Below are positions 27,986-40,991 of a stretch of 64,000 bases of DNA, piece by piece. A program made the position numbers and the translations under genes. The first letter of the stretch is position 1. Each line of letters begins with the position of its first letter. The DNA is from Chrysomallon squamiferum. Its lineage: Eukaryota; Animalia; Mollusca. Below the pieces are notes generated by a model. That model was not told the DNA's origin and did not search any database. It saw only the letters and a program-made list of their open reading frames with translations. Location of the stretch: the NCBI GenBank assembly GCA_012295275.1, contig CM022670.1, positions 15,996,001-16,060,000 of the forward strand, read 5' to 3'.

Positions 27986-28559
27986 CTTTCTTTTTTTTTT
28001 TTTTAAATTTATGCATACATCAGATATGTGTATTGTCAATAATTAAACTAGTTTATATTCATTTGCCTTAATTACAGTATTTCATATATGTTATATTATT
28101 ATTATTATTATGCTGGTTTTTCTCATTTAAAAGATAACACTAAATAAACACAATTGAATGGTAAAAATAACTGTAAAATTAAAAAAAAACCTAGTGTTGG
28201 ATTAAGAGTTTATACAGAAAATAATTAATAATGGCAGAATAATTTATTATTGTTGTTTAATTTAGATTCTTCTAAGATTAACATATTTCATATTGTCTAA
28301 TTGATTTTTCTGGATAATATCATTTTATATAAAGGATATCAGTAACAAAATTGTTTTCAACAGATACCAAATTAAATAATGGACAAGCATAAAAAAAAGA
28401 AGAAGATACACAGACAATGCATATTCACAGTCAGACAAAGATATAGATATAGATATAGATAGATATAGATAGATATGGATAGACTGATACATGCATATAG
28501 ATACACATATGCCGTTTTCATCTTAAACATTTATATATATACAGACATATATACAGATA

Positions 28560-28664
28560 CACATACATACATACATACATACATACATACATACATACAT
28601 ACATACATACATACATACATACATACATACATACATACACACACATACACACATACATACATAC

Positions 28665-28695
<31 letters not shown>

Positions 28696-28770
28696 TACAT
28701 ACATACACACATACATACATACACACATACATACATACACACATACATACAAATGCATATACATATACAG
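28560..28770. repeat. (TACA)n/(CA)n compound microsatellite
   Basis: Seen directly; source of the YIHT/MYVC pseudo-ORFs. Confidence 0.97.
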
Positions 28771-28807
28771 ATACTTAGATGTGTAAAATGGAGAAATTGG
28801 AGAAGTT

Positions 28808-29026
28808 GTTGGTAAGGACAGTTGATTTTAGATGTGTAAAATGGAGAAGCTGTTCATTAGACTAAAAAAAAAGGGTTCATCGGGCAAAACAAAAAAGGTT
28901 ATGTCGGTTGGTAAGGACAGTTGATTTTAGATGTGTAAAATGGAGAAGCTGTTCATTAGACTAAAAAAAAGGGTTCATCAGGCAAAACAAAAAAGGTTAT
29001 GTCGGTTGGTAGGGACAGTTGATTTT
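28808..29026. repeat. Near-perfect 98-99 bp tandem duplication (2.2 copies)
   Basis: gttggtaaggacagttgatttt... starts at 28808, 28907 and (partial, one mismatch) 29005; the full copies differ by one A in a homopolymer and one substitution. Confidence 0.92.
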
Positions 29027-29769
29027 ATTTTCTGCATCAGAGATTATTTTGTTAGCACGCCATTCTGCTACGCCATTCTGCTGCGCCACACATGAACGCC
29101 CCTAATTATCATGCCACGAGTTAATTAACATGCACTTACCCCTCGACTTATTATCATGTCAGATGAGTCATATTTAGGATACTAATTATGATGTCATACA
29201 TGTCAACACTGGAGTACTCGGGGTGCCTGAGTACAGGCTGCAATTGTTGTGTCGATTCCCTATCGCACCAACGTAAACACTTCAAAAACCCGGGCGGGGT
29301 GCAAACACGGAGCAGTGCATGCTGGGAAAGGTTCACAGGAAGTGCGTTTTAATCCCCTTACCAAACAGATGTTCTGTGATTAGTGGTAGAGGAATAATTC
29401 GCATCTTAGGCATCTATCAAGGTTTAACTTGTCAAAACATGCAATTAGTTAACCCTTCTACCCTCCGTGCTGTGCATGTCAGGTTTTAAAAAAAAAAAAA
29501 AAAATGTTTTTATCACTGACAAAGAGTTAAAAGAGGGCAAAGTGTGAAGATGATGCAGCTATGTTTGGTAATCTGCGTGTAATAGTCACAGTGAAACTGT
29601 AAACATATCAGTGAGAATATAATCTCTGGGCTCATTTCAAACATGCTGCCATTGAGGTATCATAATTCTCATGTCTGTAGATTTGATTTTTTGTTTTAGT
29701 TCAAAAAATTAAAAATAATATCCCATTTTGGATTTATCAGTTAGATTTAGCCAAAAATTCTGTAACTTC

Positions 29770-29940
29770 AACTACAACTGCTACTGCTCCAACTACTGCT
29801 ACTACTACTACTACTACAGTATTACTATTGTAGTGGCCACCACCAAAAGGTACTATTACTACTACTACTACTGCTTCAACTACTGCTACTACTACTACTA
29901 CAGTATTACTATTGTAGTGGCCACCACCAAAAGGTACTAT

Positions 29941-29972
<32 letters not shown>
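29770..29972. repeat. (ACT)n compound microsatellite with an 84-bp higher-order duplication
   Basis: cagtattactattgtagtggccaccaccaaaaggtactattactac occurs at 29817 and 29901. Confidence 0.92.
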
Positions 29973-30749
29973 GTAATAGTAATAGTAAAAATATGAATTA
30001 TGAAATAATAAATATAAACAATAATAAACAGCAACAACAGAAACAAAAAAACAAATAAATGATATTAATAAATTAAAAAGGAAACTAATAATAGCAATAA
30101 CAACAGTTAATTATGATTTTTAAAAAACAACAGAAATTTGAGTTCAGCCATTAATTATTTAGGTTTGACATTAATTACCTGGCAGGTAGCTCCAGGTATT
30201 TAATTATTAATTAGCTTTTGTGTCAGGTGTAGTGACAGCTGTAGCAGAGGCTGACAAAGTGAGAGTGTTACAAAGTTAGTAAAGTGTTTAGTATAAATAA
30301 AAGTTACCAATGTTTAATTTACTTCTTCTTTTTGTAAAAATATCTCCCGATTTAACGTTTTATAGAGAAAAATGGGTTTAGGAGATTCTGTAACTTCACA
30401 TACAGTCTGCTGTGGTATGTTATTTGTTAATTAATTTATTTCACATTTTCTGGTCTACCAAATTAATATGTAATACACATTGTTTTAACATTAATTATGA
30501 AAATAATCACTGTATATATATATACTGGTGAACACACACATGCACTCACAACCAGACACATGCAAATATTTATGTACTCAGACACACATACACACAAACA
30601 TTTGCACAAGTAACAAACAGACACAATTTGTATTACAAAAATATTTTTTTTTTGAAATGTCAATATGCAATATATTTAACCAAACATTTTAAAATCCACT
30701 AAGAACCCTCATGAGTATGTATGTCTGTATAGTTAATTTTAAATGAAAC

Positions 30750-30785
<36 letters not shown>

Positions 30786-31539
30786 AATTAGTTACTTAAT
30801 GAAAAGTGATCGTCAGTATTAAGAGAAATGTACAAGTGGAGGCTGTCTCCTTCAGCTTTCAGAATAATTTCTAACTCAATGAACCAGCATACCACCTGTC
30901 ATATGAATTAAACATCATGTCTGGCGGGACAGGGAGGGGGGGGAAAGGTCTTGTTCCAGACTCTGTTACCTTTCTGTCTGAAAATGACTGTCCTTTATTT
31001 CATTCATAATTTTATAATTGATTGGATGTAGCTACGAGCAAATTACTCCGTTTTCGACTGGTTAATTTCCCATGCGAAACGTCGGGTAATTTGCCACGTA
31101 TCAGTGGTTTGTTACTAAAGCCCTTTCTCCCCCTCGCTTCAGAAGGGATTATTAAGTAATGCATGGTAATCCAGACACTTAGACAATGTTCAGGCAACAA
31201 ATTCATTTAGTGTAATTTAAACACAATGAACGGCCCCAAGAGTGTATTGTTTCTTACACAAAGATGACATTTTCTGTGCTTTTCCAACTGGATAGGCATC
31301 TCTGCTAAGACAAGTGACTGTTTTTACTTTTAAGATCGTAATCAAATGAGGGATTTAAATATTTAGCAGATGTGTATGGAAAAAAAAAACATTTTTAAAC
31401 AATATGTGTTTTAGAAGATGATCATTATAAACATGTCCCTTTGTTAAAATAATTATTGATATAGGCAGGAAACTTGAAAAGGAGACAATATGGTGAATGT
31501 CAGTGGTTTGAGGATTTGATTGATTGATTGATCACATGA

Positions 31540-31810
31540 TCACCCATTGTACTGTTTCCTGTTCTTGCCAGTGCTCCATAATTTATTTATCAAAGGCTCA
31601 TAGAATGTGCTTTCCTGTTTATGTGAAGGATCCTGTTTAGATTCCAAACTTTTTTCTAAAACAAGGAAACAAAGAAAAAGCCTATTTTGTTTTAGCAATA
31701 GATTACTTCTCCTATTTCATGTACGCTTCTTAAATATATAATATTATATTATTATTATTAAGACTGTACAGTACCATTAAATAATTAAATAAAATATTTC
31801 TTGCTTCATT
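31540..31810 (+). mobile_element. Degenerate SINE-like element
   Basis: cccattgtactgtttcctgttcttgccagtgctccata...atcaaaggctcatagaatgtgctttcctgt and the end ttaaataaaatatttcttgcttc resemble, from memory, an abundant gastropod SINE consensus; not verified by search. Confidence 0.4.
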
Positions 31811-34800
31811 ATTCTTCCTGAATGTTAAGGTAAAATAAGCTATATAAGCCAGCCATTTAGCAAGATCTCTTTAACAGACACAGCTAAACACGAGCCACAA
31901 ACATTCTAGTCTGTAAATAAAACAGTCAGAATTAGCTTTACAGTATTTACTGTTTTTAGTTTATACTGGCTGCAGTTTATTAAGTCTTCAAAATAGAAGT
32001 ATTATTCGTAACATTCAAACCTGTTAATTAGAAAAAGTGAACTTCCACTTGATGTTAGATCATCATGGTTCATCATTCACTCATTACGTCTCTGGGAAGG
32101 TCAAGGGTCATTTCCTCTCTGCTGATGGCTAATGGCTCTTGACATGTTTTGACATGCCTCACTGACAAAGATTTTGCTTCTTTGACAAAAGATAAGGAAT
32201 TATCTGCTGGGATGCCACTTAAAGATACATTTCTGGTGTCTGTTGTTCACAAACCGAACATTTTATCAATGTTTTTCCATCTTTTTTTTTTTTTCTTTTC
32301 CTTTTTTTAATAACTAATTTTTTTATTGGGTGATGTATTTGGATTTTCAGAGTAGGAAAAATAAAAGAAGAGAATTATTAGAATATTAAGTTTTTAATAA
32401 ATAATTTTGTAAAAAAACCTAAGATGTTTACATTCTTGAACTTTTTTTATTATTTCAGAATGTCCATAAGTGTTATTTTATAACATTAATTCTAAAATTT
32501 ATAAAGTAGTTATTTTTTAAAGTATTATTAAATATATTTATAACAGTTAAAAACATAAATTCTTATTTTATTATGAAAACAGTTATATATTATATTTTCT
32601 GTATGGATTAATAAATGCTTTCAAAAAATAAAACAGTATCAAGATATAATAATAACACCAATAACAACAACAGCAATAATAATAATAGTAAAGATTACAT
32701 ATAATGTTATATGTAGTAAAAATAAAATAAAATTATTATAAAAATATTTTCTTTTTATCTAAAATAAGGTTAAAAAAAAAAAAATACATGCGTGTGCTTT
32801 TTCCAAATGGCTTCCCTTCATTATATTTGCATTATTTACTTTACAGACGTTAAAAGAACACATGAAGTAAAATATTCGGCAAATTGGCTGAAAATTAATA
32901 CTGGTAATAAAGAGAAACTCAGGTCCACACAAACTGACATGGCGTCTGTTTCAAATTAGTAGGGGGAACAAACTTCTGGGCTGATTATTATTCAAGATAG
33001 CAGAATAACAAACAGTGGTTGCAATTACTGCACCCTGCACCTGTCGATGTTTAGGACCATTATTTAATACGAGTATTGTGATACACACACATATATATAA
33101 GTCAATGAAGCAAAATGAGGTGGAGACAAGGTGCATTGTTACAGTGAAAACAAAAAACAGTCACTGCCCAGACTTTTATACAGTGTATAAATCACTTTTG
33201 TTTTTCTTTTGTGTGTGTGTTTCTCACATGATAAAGAAAAGTGTTGTGTTAAATATATAAATAATACATAAATAATAAGCTCAAGAGAAGGCTCAGTAAT
33301 CTTCACTGAATCCTTGGCAGTGTTTTCCCTTTCCAAACAGTGTCTCGTTAAAAGCCAAGTACATGGGGGTTTTTTTCTCTGAAGAACATATTAAAAAAGA
33401 AATGTTTGTTTGTTTGTGTGTTTATTTATTTATTTATTTATCTATCTTGTATACTGGCATATCATCTGTCTCATCTCAGGACAAAATACAGAACAGCTGG
33501 AAGTTTTTACATCATTCGTCTTACCTTTTGGTTGATTCTGACATTTTTACCCATGACAGAAATATCTTAACAATTGAAATGAAGACTTTTCTATTTTAAT
33601 GGTCTCGTGCTTGTTTACAAGATTAATTTCAACTGCTAAATGGTTCTCATAAAACAGTCAGTGCTGGGTATTACCAAGATAATTAATCATTAAAAATAAT
33701 TTCAATACTACAGTGATTGTCTTACTGTGCAGTTTCAGTATCTGATTAATGACAATCATTTTTGTTGATTAATCATCACAGGAAATAACATATCTTCTGC
33801 ATTTGATAAGGGGAGATAACTAATTTTAACTGTAAGCCATATGTATTTGTAAATTACACCGTTAATAAAATTTTAAATTATTTTCTGAATTTTAGACTGA
33901 AGACAGAGACTTTTTTTAAAATTATTTTATTTATTTACAAAGAATGAAATATTATGGATTTATAGTCAACATGAATCACTCTCAGCTGTATGACTGTTCA
34001 GACCTATAATATTTAATATAACTATAAACTGACAAATATAGGCAATATTTATTATTACTCCTATATTTAACATAACATAATTATCTATCAATTTAGAAAA
34101 CAGACAAAAGTGATATTTCTTCTTGGTGTATGATAATATCTTATTTTGTGAGGAGATGTTATTTATTTTGTATTTAATACATAATCTACTTCTTATGCTT
34201 TAATGTTCAAGCAGTCATCTACACTGGTTGTTCACTTGTTAATTCTGTTCATAAATCCAAAAAACCAACTCTCACAAAAATCCCCTTGTCCATTATGCTT
34301 TAACAAGTAAACTGCAAATCAAACAAGGACTGAGTTGCTCATTTTGAGCAGTGTTTGATCCGTCGGCAAATAATTCATATCCTTTAACTTTTTACGTGAG
34401 TGAGATGAAACGGGACGAGCTGTCGTGGACATGATCTTCAACAAAAGATTCTGCCAACGTCCTTCCTCTGACAGCCTCATCTACATGCCGTTTCAGTTGT
34501 TACTGTGCACATACATGCCCCAAGTCTGAATTACTCTGCTCGGGGGATCAACCTGAGTGGTAGATTGTGCTTGTGGTCTGCAGGTAAAACCAGCTTTCTG
34601 GCTGATCACTCTCCATTAGAGATATGAAAGCTGCAGTCAGGGCTATCACTTTAATTTACTCGTCTGAAGCTGCATAATACCCAGTCCGTAATTACATGCA
34701 TTGGCTTTGCTCAGATGTAAAATGAAAATGGCACATAAGCATGTCCAGTGGAATTAATAGAAATAATTCAGAATTTTCCCCAGTACGTGATCAATAGATG

Positions 34801-35692
34801 GGAATTCAGCAGTGTGTCAGTGAATTATTATCGTTACTTCTGACTTCTTGTTTGTTTTTCTCAATATTATTTATTTTATTTTCATTATTATTTTTTATTT
34901 ATCTGTGTGTTCTTTGTGAACTGATAAAGAAAAGTGTTGTATTAAATATATATAACTAATAAATATGTGTTTTTGACAACATTTGGATTTTTTTTTACAT
35001 TATTATTATTAAATATTATTAAATTATTTTTATTTATACTACTTACTATATGACTAATTCACAGAAATCAGCAACACACAAAAGACATGATTTCAAAAAC
35101 AGTTTATTTATTATTTATGGCCTGTTTATCTTAATAAAGTTAATTGAAACATTTTTTTTCTATTTAAAAAAAAAAAAAAAATTATAATTCTTTTGTTTAC
35201 AGACTTGTCCATTTCAATTTTAAAAAAAAAAATTAATTTCATGTCAGAAAATAAAATTATTTACGAGACTTGATAATTATGAATTAATTTGGGTTTGAAA
35301 TACTCCTTACTTCATAAACAATGACAGTTTTATGAAAGATATTTTACTGATAATGAAATTCACAGACAACCCGATTTATTTTCTTTTGGCATGTGTTTTC
35401 TAACAAGACAGTTAATTGTTGCTTCTGTCCTTTTTATTGACTGAATGGTTAGATGATTATCATTTATGATCAGAAAACTCAGTTTATAGTTATTATTAAT
35501 CAGTGTCAAATCTGATCTCAAACTTCACTGATACAGTTTTCATCATTTTTACAGGAAAAACATTAAACCATTAAAACTGATTATAGAGGAAATTAATGTG
35601 TTATACATTTATTTTTCAAACGTTAATATTTTTATTTATTTAATTTTATTTTACTTTAATTATTTATTTATTCATTCATTTGTTTGTTTGTT

Positions 35693-35696
<4 letters not shown>

Positions 35697-35769
<73 letters not shown>
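35697..35769. repeat. (ATT)n microsatellite, ~24 units
   Basis: Seen directly; gives the poly-Leu pseudo-ORF. Confidence 0.97.
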
Positions 35770-35770
<1 letters not shown>

Positions 35771-38700
35771 TTGTTTTGTTATATATATTTAATTTAATTA
35801 TTTTATTTTATTTTATTTTATTTTTGTTTGCTTAAAGATTTAATTAATAAAATTAAAATAGTGATCTCATTTTAATTTAATTTTTATTTGGAAAACCCAC
35901 AAATATTTTATCACATCTATATCGCTACCATTATTAATTCAAAAAGAATAAATAAACAAACTCGAAAAAGAATGCACAATAAATGTATCTTAATAATATT
36001 TACAGAAATAATTAAATTTCCATTAAACCTGATATTAAATAAGGAAACCATTAACCTCGATTAGATTTTTAATTATAATATCAGTCACCAATCAAAAAAC
36101 AATTTTTTAACATATACAATTCAGGACAGTATTGTTCATATCTGAAGAAGAAAAAATAAAGTTAAAGAATCCTCTGAGATGCATCAGTCTATAGATAGAA
36201 CAGAGCGGAGAAGACTATTTTTTATTCAAATCCTTTCAGTATCACTTTGTCGAGATAATAAAAAACCATGTATACATTATACTTAACACACAATACATGT
36301 GTATGTTATTATCACTAATATTCCTCTATACTTGGAGGAAATGAAACCCTCTCTCAGCTCTACATGATTCCATGCTTTGGAATTTTTCTTCTAATCTAGA
36401 AGATAGAGGTTTCCTCTAGGGAATTAAGCTGTTGGCATAGGTCTTCCATTTTGTAAACATTTTGCAGACATCTCATATTTGATATATTTCATTCCACAGC
36501 TTACAGCAGAAGATAAAAATTTTAATATTTCAGGATTGGATTTCACCTTAAAAGAAAAATTTGTTGTTTTGTATGGGGGTAAAAAATGAGTTTTTTCTTT
36601 CGTTTTTTTTCTCATTCACATTTATTTTTGTGATGCAAGAAGAAAAATTGTATAGATATGATAAGTAGGTTTTGTTTTTTGTGAAGTATTTCTGAAAATA
36701 AAAATATAATTTAACAACATCAAAACATTTTTATATTAAATTGTTTTTCTTTGTATAATGAAAATATCTGATAAAACCTACAACTGCCAGTTCAAGGTCT
36801 ACTTTACTGATTAGCAATAATTGATAACTACCCAAAACCAGGAAAACGTATAGCACAGTCATATAAATAAATAAAAATATAATATAAGAGAATGTAACAA
36901 CAATAACATAATAATAATAATATTAAAGTAAGATACACAATCAGTTTATAGGGAGCATACAAAAACATCAAGTTCACCAAATACTGACTCAAACAATATT
37001 ATGTAGAAAGAAAAAATTAAATATATATTTATTATCGCACATTTTTAACATAATTTAACATTAAACTAAATTAGTCCATCAATTATTAGAGTTAATTGTT
37101 CATACCAGTGGTCCAGACTTGACTGGTTCATGGTCACTTGTTATGCTAATGACATGCTTACTGAATCCATGATTAAATTAATCGTCTTTCTAACAGTTCC
37201 CATAAATTGTGGAATTAACATCCGTGTGAATAGGGAATATATATATAAAATTATTAAATTAATTTTAACAATGAATATTCTTTTGATTTCTAATTCCTTG
37301 ATCAATGATTAAAAAATTATATTTTTTTTATAAAGATTTTCTGTAATAAAACATACATCAGTGTTATTTTTAAAGTGCTGGCGGATTTTAGCAGAGGTGT
37401 GAATTCTTTCAGTCAAAATTAATGTGTTCTTGTTAACATGTTATTGCTTGGATGTGCCAGTAAACTTGACATTATCTAATACTAAATTATATTCCACACT
37501 CTGTCAGAAGTCACACCCTGATAAAAGAACACATATAACTGATATCACAGAATCTTTATGTGTTTCCTGATTTCCTACTTTATCAGCTAAAAGATGTGTT
37601 TTCTCAGGTACACTTTTTGACAAACATGTTTCAAATAATAAAAATCATTGTTAATAGAAAAAAAAAATATATAGTAATAAATGAAGTGAAATTTAATATT
37701 TTAGTAAATTATAAAGTCTCACCCAAGTCCCTGTTTTCTTCGATTATTAGACTATCTGTTGTTTCAACATTATTCACATATCTAAAGCTACGATACAAGT
37801 TCCCCTGTAAATGGAAAGACAAACACTATGATGAGCCTCTCATATATTTAATTTTTAATTTTTATTTTTTCAAATATTTATTTCACACACACACACACAC
37901 ACACACTAGGGTTTAAAGACAAAATTAAAATAACATGAAATACATATAATCTGAAATGACACATACAGATACAGATACAAATATACACATACACATACAC
38001 ATGCAAGCACACACACACACACACATTTATTTATGTGATCTGTAGACACAACAAGGTGGTCTTCCTCTGTTACAAACAGTAAAATAATAAATGTGTTGTT
38101 TTTTTGTTTTCTACATCACAGTGAGTTATCAGTGGTAGCTCACAGATGGATGTGTAATTAATTATCAACAGTGTTCTTTTAGTGCCACTGCTGCAAGGAT
38201 AAACATAATAAAAACCAAATAAACCAACTTGTTAGCATGCAAGATGGATGTTAAAAAAGTCAGTCTGTGTTTGTAAAGATTACAGTTTCCTCACATCAGA
38301 GCCAAAATACTTTTTTTTCCACATTATTTACTTTAGTTTGTTTTTTGTCACTTTTTTGTTTTGGGTTTTTCAGAAATTGTTGTTTTGTTGGGTTTTTTTT
38401 TTTTTTTTGTTGTTGTTGTTTTTGGTTTTTGGTTTTGTTTTTATTTTTTATTTATTTATTTATTTATTTATCTTTCTTTTTTTTCTTTTTGTTATTTTTG
38501 TCTTGTCAGATGGGAAAATAGAAAATATTTTATTTTCATTGTTTCAATGTCATTTCAAAATATATCTTTTTTTGTTATTTTAATTTAATTTTAAATTTAT
38601 GTTTCAAAAAATTTGAAGATAATTTTAATGTTTAATTTTTCTGTTGTTTTTTTTTTCTACTTTTTTTTAATGTTTAATATTTAATGAAAATTACTTTAGT

Positions 38701-40957
38701 CTATGTTTAACAGTAATAAAATAGAATTGCAAAGTTTTGTACATCTATTTAATAATAAGATGTTAAATTAGGGAAAATTTTGTTGTTTTGGTTCAAAGAT
38801 TAGTTTGTTGAACCAAACATCTGAAACTGAAATTTGTTTGGAGTTTAGCAATGTACAGAATTTGTTTTTTGATATTCTTCGTTGTAATTATCCTACTTAG
38901 ACATTTAACAGACATTTAACAGAAAGTATTTACAGAATTAAAGATTTAAATAACTAATAATTTAATGTAAGTTCGAGCAAGCTTTATTGTACTTTATTTA
39001 TTTTATTTTATTTTATTTTTTTTGATTTAATCATGTTATTTTTGTTGTTGTTTCCTTTTATTCATATTTTTAAAAATGTTTTCATTTACTTTTTTTTTTT
39101 TTTCCTGTGCTTCAGGACTTTGTCTTGTAGAAAACAAAAACCTTTAAATTCAGTTATGGATATTCTGAAGAAAAAAACCCATAAATAAAATATTATCTCT
39201 TTTGTTCATTCTAAGAAAGAATGTTTCCAACCAGGTAACAAAATAAAAAGTATTTTTAAGATTTTGTTTTATTTATGAGAGTAGGAAAAAAGAGAAGCAT
39301 ATGGGGAAGGTCTTAGATTAATACTTAATCATTACGCAACACTTGTTGAAACTAAAGCCCGATTACATCACACAAATTAGGAGATATCAACACAATATCA
39401 ACCTGGTTGGTGGTATCACGGAAACATCACATAAAACTGAGAAACACGGACTGTAACCTGGTCACTATCTTGTTGTCTGTCACGGTGGATACCAGTCTAT
39501 TCACAGATCAGATGAGTTATGTGCCTGGATACCCACACCCTGCTACAGCCTAGGTGGAGCTGTTTTTGTGCCTAATCCAAGCCCAACACAATTAGTTCAG
39601 ATTTATGTTATTTACACATTTCTCCCCTTGCAGTTAACTTGTAATTCATGATGAGATATTTGCAGTATTATCAGACTGGTAAACTTGTAAAGATAATACA
39701 TTCTGTCTGCGTTTCTTCTTTTCCTGAGAAACAAAAACAGAATTAACTTGTACTTTCAGTCCAAGATCTGCTTACTTTCAGTGCACTTCAGCTTCTCACA
39801 TAAATAAAACTCACACTTGTAAGTTTGTAACGATCCTCATTGGACCAATCACCAAAACACATGCAAATCTGGAAATCATATTCTAGGATAATGTCTGTAC
39901 TTAGCTGTAATCAGTGTAAACAATATTATATCAGTATATCACATTTATTTTATTTAAAAAAAAAAAAAAAAATCTTAAAAAATAAAAATAAAATCACTGA
40001 ATACAAAATTTTACTGCTCAAAGTATTATTATTATTTTTATTTTTATTATAATATTATAACTTTTTGTTGTTTTTTTTACTATTTTTTTTTTTTATTATT
40101 TATTTTTTATTTTTTTATTTTTATTATTATTTTATTCATTTTATTTATTCATTTATTTATAATTATAACTATTATGATTTTAAATTATCATCTTATTCAA
40201 TTATAATGATATTTAAACTCAGAAAATGAAAAAACAATTTATTTTTTTTATCCTTAGAATATAAATGAAAATTTTTCTATCAGTTGCAGATGTATACTTT
40301 ATTCAGAACTTTTGAATATGAAACTTAAATAAATATATGTAAATGATTTCATGAAGATAGTACATGTCTAAGGAATAATTATCAGATATTATATAGAACT
40401 GAGAGGTAAATCATAGCAAGGACAAAATCAAATGGCTTGTCAGAGAGGTTCCCACTGAACAGCTTTGTGATGAAAACACACTGAAAATGACACAGGCCCT
40501 CTGACAGTTACACCATAGACTCACCATTACATGAATCCTGTAGTCCTGTTTGCAGAATATTTTAAGACAAGCAAGCACACAGGTGCAGCTGTACATATAG
40601 AGAATTATCTTCAGATTACATTCTGTGATAACAGAACCTTTGTGTTTAGTTCACTTGAACCATTGTTGTCCACTTCAGTTTCTATTTAAATTCTTCACAC
40701 TTATCTGGCTTGTCCTTCACCTCAGTTCTTTTCACTACGTTATACAACCAATAAAATCAGTTTGTCTACAGCCATTTTGGTTTCAAGTGCAGTCTGATTG
40801 TTTCAAAATGCATTGAGTTAAATCATTCTGATGGAGAGAACATTTGTAAAGTATTTCAGGTTTTTACTCAGGCAGTCTGAAAATTAATAAAATAATTAAT
40901 GCTTTAATTGCTGGTTGAAAATTAGCAAAATATTTAGGTTTTTAATTGTAATCCTTC

Positions 40958-40991
<34 letters not shown>

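Noticed and set aside
29728-29973. Tyr-rich ORF resembling a shell/adhesive low-complexity protein
   Set aside because: Translation of an (ACT)n microsatellite with a local duplication; non-ATG start and no splice or signal features.
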